Positions 25,074-32,000 of a stretch of DNA of 32,000 bases are shown piece after piece (the stretch's first letter is position 1; each line of letters starts with the position of its first letter). A model generated the notes under the pieces. The model saw only the letters and a list, made by a program, of their open reading frames with translations, was not told the origin of the DNA and did no database searches. This stretch comes from Promethearchaeum syntrophicum (lineage in GTDB: Archaea > Asgardarchaeota > Lokiarchaeia > Sigyniarchaeales > Promethearchaeaceae). A program made the translations under genes and the position numbers. The DNA lies in assembly GCF_008000775.2 (NCBI RefSeq), contig NZ_CP042905.2:3960001-3992000 (forward strand), read 5' to 3'.

Positions 25074-25132
25074 TAGGGAAATACAAAATGAAAACATCAA
25101 ATTTCATGTGATCATTAAGGGGAGAAAAAATC

Positions 25133-27058
25133 TTGGAGAAATTTAGTCAAAAAATTCTTAGTAATGCAGAAAAATTATATTATTTAGGAGATTTCCAAAA
25201 ATCTCTTGAGCTCCTAACAGGATTAGAAGAAAAAAAAGAAATTTCTCCAGAAGAACAATGTTTTATTTCCATTCTAAGAAGTAAAATTTTTAATGCTTTA
25301 GGTGAATTTACCAAAGAACTTCAATCATTGGAATTAGCATACAAAAGTAGTCAAGAAATAGAAGATGTTAGCTTATTATTCGATGCTATTATTTTAAAAG
25401 CAGAAAAAGCAATAGAAATGGGAGAAAAAAAACAATTTTTTGAGTTAATCGGAAAAGCAGAGAATTTATTCGAAGAAAACAAGGTGGAATTACTTCCAAA
25501 ACTAGGTGACATTTCTCTTTCTAAAGGTCATTATTATTCAATTATGGAAGTAGATTATACCCAAACTTTAAAATTTTATAATCAATGTTCAGAAATCTAT
25601 AAAAAAAACAATGATAAACAGAAGTTAGCTGAAATTTTTATAGAAATTGGAGGGGTTATGTTTTATAAAGGCGAATTAGATAAATCAATGCTTTATTATG
25701 AGAAGAGCCTTACAATTTGTAAAAAAATTGGTTATAAACATGGAATCGCCGAAATTTATAATGGTTTTGGAATTTTATATAGTTACACAGAGGATTTCCA
25801 TAAATCACTGATGTATATGGAAAAAAGCTTAGCAATCGCGGAAGATATTAAATATAAAAATGATATTGCAGTTTCTTTGGTTAATATTGGAGAGATGTTA
25901 TATGTTCAAGGGGATTTAAAAAGAGCTGGAGAATATTATGAACGAAGTTTAAAAGAATATAGAGCACTTCAAAATTCTACTGGAATAGGATACGTTTTGT
26001 TAGATTTAATTATGTTATACATTGAAATGAATTATGAAGAGAAAGTAAAAACAAATTTCTCTTATTTGGAAGAATTATATAATCAGTATCGCTTTTTATT
26101 TAAAGAAATTGTATATTACTACCAAATTGCAGAAGCACTCATATTAAAAAAAAGCACCAGAATGCGAGACAAAGTGAAAGCGGAACAAATTTTTAAAGAA
26201 TACGCGGTTGATGATAACGTAGATTTTCAATTAACCATTATCGCTTTACTCAATTGGTGTGAATTACTTCTGTATGAACTCTCAATTTCGAATGACCCTG
26301 AAGTTTTAAATGAAATTCAAGCGATTATAAACAAATTACTTCATCTCGAAGAACAGCAATATAATTACAATTTAATTGCATCAACTTATTTATTACAAGC
26401 AAAATTTGCATTGATCCAATTTAAATTGAAGGAAGCTCAACAATTTCTAACGAAAGCTCAACAGGTTGCCCAAGAAAAAGGTTTGCAATTATTGGCAATG
26501 AAAATTTCTGCCGAACATGATGAAGTTCTCAACCAATTAGATATATGGGAAAATTTACAGAAAAAATCAAAGCAAATATCCATGGCAGAGCGTCTTAAAT
26601 ATGCGAAATTAAATGAGCAAATGGATTCTATGATTAGAACTCGAGCCCCGGAACAACTTGAAATATTATCTGAAATTCCGATATTTCTTTCAGTTATATC
26701 AAAAGGAGGAACAGCAGTTATTAAATTTCCGTTTCTGGATAAATGGGCAGATAAAAATATATTCAGCAGCTTTATTTCAGCTTTTAACGTGTTTAGTAAG
26801 GAACTCTTTTCAAAATCAGTAGATCGTGTTAAAATGGGAGAAAATATTATTCTTTTAAATCCAATTGAACGATTTACTGCTTGTTATGTTATAAAAGGTC
26901 CTTCTTATCTAGCACAACAAAAATTAATCAGATTTTCGGAAAGGATTAGAGCAACTCCGGAAATTTGGAATCGATTGAATGAATATAGTAATACAGGTGA
27001 AATCCTATTAGCCAAAGAAAACCCCCCTCTTAAAACAATTATTGATGAGGTTTTTTAA
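25133..27058 (+). CDS. TPR-repeat protein with unassigned C-terminal alpha/beta domain (roadblock/longin-like by pattern)
   Basis: Repeating 40-42 aa units (e.g. IAEIYNGFGILYSYTEDFHKSLMYMEKSLAIAEDI, IAVSLVNIGEMLYVQGDLKRAGEYYERSLKEYRAL). TTG start preceded by GGGGAG at 25119-25124. The last 130 aa or so are non-TPR. Confidence 0.75.
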   Translation: MEKFSQKILSNAEKLYYLGDFQKSLELLTGLEEKKEISPEEQCFISILRSKIFNALGEFTKELQSLELAYKSSQEIEDVSLLFDAIILKAEKAIEMGEKKQFFELIGKAENLFEENKVELLPKLGDISLSKGHYYSIMEVDYTQTLKFYNQCSEIYKKNNDKQKLAEIFIEIGGVMFYKGELDKSMLYYEKSLTICKKIGYKHGIAEIYNGFGILYSYTEDFHKSLMYMEKSLAIAEDIKYKNDIAVSLVNIGEMLYVQGDLKRAGEYYERSLKEYRALQNSTGIGYVLLDLIMLYIEMNYEEKVKTNFSYLEELYNQYRFLFKEIVYYYQIAEALILKKSTRMRDKVKAEQIFKEYAVDDNVDFQLTIIALLNWCELLLYELSISNDPEVLNEIQAIINKLLHLEEQQYNYNLIASTYLLQAKFALIQFKLKEAQQFLTKAQQVAQEKGLQLLAMKISAEHDEVLNQLDIWENLQKKSKQISMAERLKYAKLNEQMDSMIRTRAPEQLEILSEIPIFLSVISKGGTAVIKFPFLDKWADKNIFSSFISAFNVFSKELFSKSVDRVKMGENIILLNPIERFTACYVIKGPSYLAQQKLIRFSERIRATPEIWNRLNEYSNTGEILLAKENPPLKTIIDEVF

Positions 27059-27100
27059 ATCATAATAAAACACTAAAGAAAAACTATATGTGAGAAAAAA

Positions 27101-27826
27101 ATGAATGAAATTAATCAACCAATACAGAATCAAAACAAGCCGTTAAACACTACACTATTGATAATATTATCATTATTCTCAATGGTAGCTCAATTACCTT
27201 TTTTATTCCTACCCGCTAGAAGATGGGATTGGATTGAAGCTTGGGTGTATCTAATATTTTTCTATATATACATGCTAGCTCAAATTCTAATTTTAAATAA
27301 GAAAAATCCGCAAGTGTTAAGAAATCGAATTAATGCAAAAAAATCAGGAATGACTAAAGCAGAAGGAGCAGATAAATGGATTCTACCCCTTGTTTCCATT
27401 GTTTTTCTTGCAGTGTTCTTAATTCCAGGATTTGATGAGGGAAATGGATGGTCAGAAGTCCCGTTTCAAGTTGAAGTAATTGGTTTTGTAATTTTAGGAA
27501 TTTCTTTTTACATTCTTTATCGAAGTATGTTGGATAATGCTTTCGCTTCAAAAGTGTTAGATATTCGAAAAGAAAGCGGCCATAAGATCATTGATACAGG
27601 CTCCTATGCTGTAGTACGCCATCCCATGTATACTGGATTTTTCTTAATGGGTTTTGGACTTACTTTAGCCCTTGGTTCATGGTATGGATTGATTCCTGCA
27701 GGTCTATTTCTAGTAATTCTTGCGATTAGGATTCATTTTGAAGAAGAAATGCTAATCGAGGGATTAGAAGGGTATGAAGAATACCAAAAGAAAGTAAAAT
27801 ACAAACTATTTCCTAAAATATATTAA
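27101..27826 (+). CDS. Isoprenylcysteine carboxyl methyltransferase (ICMT/PEMT) family membrane methyltransferase
   Basis: Five to six TM helices. Signature GSYAVVRHPMYTGFFLMGFGLTLALGSW followed by EEEMLIEGLEGYEEYQKKV. Confidence 0.8.
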   Translation: MNEINQPIQNQNKPLNTTLLIILSLFSMVAQLPFLFLPARRWDWIEAWVYLIFFYIYMLAQILILNKKNPQVLRNRINAKKSGMTKAEGADKWILPLVSIVFLAVFLIPGFDEGNGWSEVPFQVEVIGFVILGISFYILYRSMLDNAFASKVLDIRKESGHKIIDTGSYAVVRHPMYTGFFLMGFGLTLALGSWYGLIPAGLFLVILAIRIHFEEEMLIEGLEGYEEYQKKVKYKLFPKIY

Positions 27827-27866
27827 GTTATTACTCGATATCTTTTTTTTTATTTCTCAATCGTAA

Positions 27867-28730
27867 TCATATTATTTTTGAAATTATTTTCTTGATAATT
27901 TGCCAAAAATCCGATGGATTCCCCAGATGTAATCCATGACCTGCATTTGGGATAAAAATAATGGGTAATTTAGATTCTTTAATTAGTTCTTCGGAAGAAA
28001 GAAGTCCTTTATTATCTTCTCCAAATATGAAATAAACGGGAAAATGAAGGCATTTCTGCAATCTTGGCAATAATTCATTGCTATAAGAATGATGTACTAA
28101 ATCTTTGGATGAAGCCCACAGTGGATAAGGTCCTACAAGCTTGAGTTTATCACAATAACTTTGAATTTCTGAGCCAAATTCTGTAATAATTTCTTGTAAA
28201 AAGGACTCAAAATTTGTTTCAAAATCATCCAAGGTTTTTTTTGCAATTATGGAAGAAAAGTCAGCATCTCCTCGATCTAAATTTCCTTCAAGATAAAATA
28301 AACCTAGCACTTTAATATTGATTGAATTTTGATTTTGAATTTTCATTAACTCTTCGATTAAAGAAATCGCAATCGGTCCTCCCATAGAATGAGCAAAAAT
28401 TACAACCCGATTTATTTTTTCCTCAATTAAAAGCTTATGAATCATATTAGCCTGATTTTCCATAGTATATGCTAATTCTTGTTTTGGTTGATCTGATTTT
28501 CCATATCCCAATAAATCAGGAACAATCCACGAAAATTGATTGAGATTATATCGTTCATATTGTTCTTTAAACCAATCTTTATTCTGGCCTAATCCGTGGA
28601 TGAAAACTATACTATATTCTTGATTAGGATTTGAAGATTGATAATATTCTACATTACCATATTGAGTAGAAAAAACTTTTGTGTTTATTGTATGCATGCG
28701 ATTCTTCAACAAATTAAAAAGAAACATCAT
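27867..28730 (-). CDS. Alpha/beta-fold hydrolase
   Basis: VFIHGLGQN oxyanion region, nucleophile elbow AHSMGG, C-terminal NAGHGLHLGNP histidine. Alternative start ATG at 28697 (MHTINTK) would remove the 17-nt overlap with the upstream small ORF. Confidence 0.85.
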   Translation of the reverse strand: MMFLFNLLKNRMHTINTKVFSTQYGNVEYYQSSNPNQEYSIVFIHGLGQNKDWFKEQYERYNLNQFSWIVPDLLGYGKSDQPKQELAYTMENQANMIHKLLIEEKINRVVIFAHSMGGPIAISLIEELMKIQNQNSINIKVLGLFYLEGNLDRGDADFSSIIAKKTLDDFETNFESFLQEIITEFGSEIQSYCDKLKLVGPYPLWASSKDLVHHSYSNELLPRLQKCLHFPVYFIFGEDNKGLLSSEELIKESKLPIIFIPNAGHGLHLGNPSDFWQIIKKIISKII

Positions 28731-28995
28731 ACATATTTAAAAGCTCATCATCTTTATTCCCGATATTATAATTACTCAGTCGAGTATACTTATGATATCT
28801 GGAATATTTATTGGAAACAAATTTTTTTTCCAATTTTCTTTTCACTAACTTTCCTATTTCATAGAGCGACATTAACACTGGAATAGATATTAATAACAAC
28901 CCTATAGAGTTATTATTGAAAATTAAATAGACCGCGCCTAACAAACTACTAATCGATAATGCTTTTTTTAACCATTTTTTCATTTTTTTCATCAT
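28714..28995 (-). CDS. Small two-helix membrane protein (hypothetical)
   Basis: 93 aa. Basic N-terminus MMKKMKKWLKK, two hydrophobic helices (ALSISSLLGAVYLIF, IGLLLISIPVLMSLY), basic C-terminal half. Same strand as, and immediately upstream of, the hydrolase gene. Confidence 0.45.
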   Translation of the reverse strand: MMKKMKKWLKKALSISSLLGAVYLIFNNNSIGLLLISIPVLMSLYEIGKLVKRKLEKKFVSNKYSRYHKYTRLSNYNIGNKDDELLNMYDVSF

Positions 28996-29297
28996 CTCCT
29001 TTTTTTCACTAGTTTTGATTATTGGTTCTAAGATTCGTCATTTTAGGGTTCAAATGAGTTTTGAATCTTATCTTGTCTTCAAGTAACCTAGGAGAATTAT
29101 GCTATTTGATTGAAGTCCAAAACAACCATATTGATCCATATGGTTAAATCTTAATTTGATGTTAAAATGAGTTTTTTTTAGAGGAAATAACTAAATTAGA
29201 TTGAGTTGAATTGGTATAGATCATAAATTTTCGCTGATTCGGAGAGAATGAAAGATATGGTTTATTATCATTTTAAATATTATTAAAACGTTTCAAT

Positions 29298-29657
29298 TTA
29301 AATTGACGGTGAAAATTGTTTTTTAAAATCTTCAGTTGTGGAATAAAAAATAAAATGTCCTTTATTTCGGCCAATTATTAGTCCGGCGTCATCTAGTTTT
29401 TTAATATGATGCGTAATTGATCCTTCAGATAGACCCAATATCTTTGCCAAAGAGCAATTACAATACTCGCCTTCCTGGATCAGTTGATAAATCATGAGAC
29501 GATTCTTATTTGCCAAGGCAGAATACCGCTTAAGATTCATCTGAAAATCATCAGATTTGAGTATTTTACCAACATAATCGATTTTTTCTTTAATAAACTC
29601 ACCTGGATTTTCATCGATATCACAAATTTTCAAATAATCTTGGAATCTTGAATTCAT
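29298..29657 (-). CDS. ArsR/SmtB family transcriptional regulator
   Basis: ALANKNRLMIYQLIQEGEYCNCSLAKILGLSEGSITHHIKKLDDAGLI. A CxC pair sits where the ArsR ELCVCDL metalloid site would be. Confidence 0.85.
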   Translation of the reverse strand: MNSRFQDYLKICDIDENPGEFIKEKIDYVGKILKSDDFQMNLKRYSALANKNRLMIYQLIQEGEYCNCSLAKILGLSEGSITHHIKKLDDAGLIIGRNKGHFIFYSTTEDFKKQFSPSI

Positions 29658-29683
29658 ATTAATTGAAATGAATTATGAAAATA

Positions 29684-29713
29684 AAAACATTTTGATTGTT
29701 TTTGAAATGTTTT
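29684..29713. promoter_or_regulatory. Inverted repeat in the arsR / trx-permease divergent spacer (candidate ArsR operator)
   Basis: AAAACATTT (29684-29692) and AAATGTTTT (29705-29713) are perfect 9-bp inverted arms with a 12-bp spacer, about 27 nt upstream of the arsR start. A third AAAACATTTT copy sits at 29872-29881. Confidence 0.3.
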
Positions 29714-29728
29714 AAAGAACGATAATAA

Positions 29729-29813
29729 AAATTTAGGTAATTGAGACAAATGAAGATTTATTAATAAAAATGAATTGGATGTGATTCTATTAGAATATGA
29801 AATTTAGGTAATT
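29729..29813. repeat. 14-bp perfect direct repeat AAATTTAGGTAATT (two copies) in the same spacer
   Basis: Copies at 29729-29742 and 29800-29813, 71 bp apart centre to centre. Function unknown. Confidence 0.5.
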
Positions 29814-29952
29814 TAAAATTACAAGAAATCAAATTGAATTCAAAAGTTATTTTTCTCTTTTTGCATTTATCAAAACATTTTAACAAAGTTTAAATTGAAA
29901 TTTTCTTTTCTTTTTTTTGAATATACATCTTTGAAATATTGGGTGATATATT

Positions 29953-30231
29953 ATGAAAAATGAAATAACAATTAGTGTAATGGGACCAAAAATTCCCTGT
30001 AATAATTGCCGAAATACTCGAAAAACTGTTTTTCGAGCTTTAGCAGAATATGAACAATTCGATCTAAAAGTTACAATTCAACATTTAGAACTGAACACCA
30101 AAGAATCTATTGCAAAAATGGGAGTGTTGAGAGGTCCGGCCCTCATTTTTGATGAAATGCTTGTATACGAAGGAAAAATTCCTTCAAAATCAGAAATCAA
30201 ACAAGCTTTGAAGCAGTATCTTGCTTTATAA
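29953..30231 (+). CDS. Small thioredoxin-fold protein (redox-active disulfide protein 2/MTH895-like)
   Basis: 92 aa with N-terminal CNNC (CxxC) and a GVLRGPALIFDEMLVYEGKIPS pattern. GGTGAT Shine-Dalgarno-like element 5 nt upstream of the ATG. Confidence 0.75.
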   Translation: MKNEITISVMGPKIPCNNCRNTRKTVFRALAEYEQFDLKVTIQHLELNTKESIAKMGVLRGPALIFDEMLVYEGKIPSKSEIKQALKQYLAL

Positions 30232-30240
30232 CTTTAATGG

Positions 30241-31290
30241 GTGAATTCATCGATGTCAAACAATACACGAATAAAATTTGAAAATGCTGCTATGTTAGCA
30301 GTATATGCTTTAGTACTTGGGTTTTTTATCTATGGTAAAGTTATGCTATATACAAATCCCGTTCCGGAGCAATTACCGGATTATAGTTCATATCCTTTTT
30401 ATTTGATTCCAATAATGTATATTTGGAATTATTTAAAAGCGGCTTGGTTCTCAATTTTACTAGCATTTTTACTCTCAGGAATCATTCAAGAAGTGCTTCC
30501 TCAAGATATCATTGAGAAATATTTAAAAAAAGATAAATTAAGAAATTATTTCATTGCAGCAGCTCTTGCCCCATTATTTGTCACATGTAGTTGTTCGGTT
30601 ATTCCCATTTATGTAGGGATTGTTGCCGCAGGAGCAAGTTTAGGTGTAGCTATGACCTTTTTCCTTATGGCCCCCGCAGCTAATTTAATTACAATACTTC
30701 TTACAGGAGAATATATTGGTTGGGATTTAGGTATTTGGCGACTAATCTTCTCTTTAATTGCAGCGGTCCTTTGTGGAATTATTTTTGATAAAACAAAAAT
30801 TGCTCGTAAATTAGAAGAACAAATTTCTCCAATGAAAGTTGGGAGAGCAAATAGAATGCAACTTAAATTACCTCTAAATGATAGACTGAAAAATATGTAT
30901 CGATTCTCATTCCAAGTTTTTAAGAAAATTTTTCCTCTGTTACTCTTAGGACTAATTATTGTCAGTTATATTGCAGCATACTTACCTGATAATTGGATCG
31001 AATTATATTTTACCGGATTTTTAGGTATAGTTATTGCAGCAGTCCTTGGTGGGCCTTTATATACCCCTACATTAGTTGAAATTGTTCTCACACGAGAGTT
31101 TATAAATAAAGGAATGACTAGGGATGTGGCTTTGTCATTTATGATGGGACAACCCTATGATATAGTATCGATGGTTCCCAACTCTAAGTATTTTAAGTGG
31201 CAAGGAGTTTTATTATATACGGTTATATTCTTTTTATTTAGCATCATCTCTGGGGTGCTCTACGGGTTAGTGTATGGTTTGTACAACTAA
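30241..31290 (+). CDS. COG0701/DUF318-family permease (family that includes ArsP)
   Basis: About 8-10 TM helices with the conserved FVTCSCSVIP motif. GTG at 30241 or ATG at 30253. It begins 9 nt after the Trx-like gene. Confidence 0.8.
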   Translation: MNSSMSNNTRIKFENAAMLAVYALVLGFFIYGKVMLYTNPVPEQLPDYSSYPFYLIPIMYIWNYLKAAWFSILLAFLLSGIIQEVLPQDIIEKYLKKDKLRNYFIAAALAPLFVTCSCSVIPIYVGIVAAGASLGVAMTFFLMAPAANLITILLTGEYIGWDLGIWRLIFSLIAAVLCGIIFDKTKIARKLEEQISPMKVGRANRMQLKLPLNDRLKNMYRFSFQVFKKIFPLLLLGLIIVSYIAAYLPDNWIELYFTGFLGIVIAAVLGGPLYTPTLVEIVLTREFINKGMTRDVALSFMMGQPYDIVSMVPNSKYFKWQGVLLYTVIFFLFSIISGVLYGLVYGLYN

Positions 31291-31524
31291 TCGAATTTAA
31301 TTACAAAATTTTTTCTTTTCTTTTTTGATAAAATATGGGAATGAATTCTGCTCTTATTTACTCAATTTAAATAGGTTTGAATTTCTATAAATTTTCGATG
31401 ATTTCTATATGAAATAAGTAGAAAAATCATCTCTCAATGCAAATTATGGAACTCCAATTTAAGAAATGATTTATTAACGACAGATATATATATTATATTA
31501 AATATACACTTCAATTAGAGCAAA

Positions 31525-32000
31525 ATGAATTCATGGATAGTTTTGTTTTTCCATTTAGTAATTTATTCAATTTTTCCGTTATTTATGATTAAAGCTCAAA
31601 AGAGCATTAGGTTATCATTTTTTTATATTTTTACTGGAATGCTCTTTACTTTTTCCAATATTTTAGGTGCAATGTACTCAATCTCGTTGCCGAATGGGAT
31701 ACTCCTATCGGGAGGAAGCATTGCTTATTGCGCTTTGATAATGAACGTATTATTAATTGTAATTACAGAAAGAAATCCAAGAATAATTCGGTATATTATC
31801 TTTTTTGATGTGATTCTTAGTATATTCTTTTTTGTATTCTATAAATTTCTTGTGTATTTAATTGAAAATGAATTCGTTGTTTCTATATTTGAATTTTCAT
31901 CATCAATATTCAGTACAACCAGTTTAATTGTTATAGTTGGGGCTGTGCTATTTATTATTGAACTTCTTTTCATGGTATTCGCCTTTGAATTTGTAAAAAA
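31525..32000 (+). CDS. Multi-pass membrane protein, C-terminus beyond window (not in ORF track)
   Basis: ATG at 31525. The frame stays open for 158 codons to the window end. Translation MNSWIVLFFHLVIYSIFPLFMIKAQ...LIVIVGAVLFIIELLFMVFAFEFVK is strongly hydrophobic and helical. Confidence 0.6.
   Translation, partial: MNSWIVLFFHLVIYSIFPLFMIKAQKSIRLSFFYIFTGMLFTFSNILGAMYSISLPNGILLSGGSIAYCALIMNVLLIVITERNPRIIRYIIFFDVILSIFFFVFYKFLVYLIENEFVVSIFEFSSSIFSTTSLIVIVGAVLFIIELLFMVFAFEFVK

Noticed and set aside
29046-29062. GGGTTCAAAT resembling a tRNA T-arm/T-loop
   Set aside because: The flanking bases cannot form the T-stem (TAGGG versus GAGTT). No acceptor or anticodon stems are evident, and the region is far too AT-rich for an archaeal tRNA.
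29124-29145. Perfect 8-bp-arm hairpin AACCATAT-TGATCC-ATATGGTT, with a related GATCATATGGTTA at 23944-23956 upstream of the AbrB-PhoU gene
   Set aside because: The arms are short and AT-rich, and such matches are expected by chance in 32 kb at about 70% AT. The second copy needs an indel. No supporting context.
29901-31326. Identical 16-nt TTTTCTTTTCTTTTTT at 29901-29916 and 31311-31326 flanking the trx-permease operon, considered as possible insertion-site duplication
   Set aside because: This is a low-complexity pyrimidine tract, consistent with an ordinary promoter-proximal T-rich region and an oligo-T terminator. There is no mobile-element gene between the copies.
1-32000. Search for CRISPR arrays, rRNA/tRNA genes, transposases, integrases and long terminal inverted repeats
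   Set aside because: I saw no regularly spaced 25-40-bp repeats, no GC-rich structured RNA-like islands, and no DDE, serine or tyrosine recombinase motifs in any frame I read. This absence is by-eye only, and tRNAscan/Infernal/minced should confirm it.

Overview
This is a low-GC (about 30%) window of tightly packed genes from an archaeon. The archaeal assignment rests on an aEF-1beta gene preceded by the archaea-specific COG2888 four-CxxC zinc-ribbon gene, TATA-like boxes about 25 nt upstream of start codons, and oligo-T terminators. The lysine/asparagine/isoleucine-rich proteins, a WD40 propeller, a cytoplasmic reductive-dehalogenase-like protein and TPR proteins fit an Asgard (Lokiarchaeia-like) or similar sediment archaeon. 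That lineage call is inference only.

I support 31 protein-coding genes, two of them absent from the ORF track:
- a 54-aa zinc-ribbon gene at 15015-15179 (minus strand);
- a membrane-protein gene at 31525 that runs off the 3-prime window edge.

I found no rRNA, tRNA, CRISPR array, transposase or integrase.

Gene content:
- Housekeeping and metabolic genes: ABC ATPase, M24 peptidase, NPP-type phosphodiesterase, class-V PLP enzyme, Lrp, MFS plus RdhA-like pair, MutL, aEF-1beta, acyl-CoA synthetase, ICMT-family methyltransferase, alpha/beta hydrolase, and an ArsR / Trx-like / COG0701 permease set.
- A looser accessory stretch at about 18.8-27 kb: an 818-aa gamma-class adenine methyltransferase with an unassigned N-terminal region, a secreted M14 carboxypeptidase, a Dam-like methyltransferase, an AbrB-PhoU regulator, and a 641-aa TPR protein ending in an unassigned alpha/beta (roadblock/longin-like) domain.

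No canonical multi-gene defence system is recognisable. The best candidates for something undescribed are:
1. the AbrB-PhoU plus TPR/roadblock-like pair;
2. the translationally coupled lysine-rich putative DNA-binding protein plus NPP-type phosphodiesterase, inside a long same-strand gene string that ends in a small-protein/WD40 pair;
3. the nuclease-less 818-aa methyltransferase.

All domain calls come from motifs read by eye. None has been confirmed by a database search.
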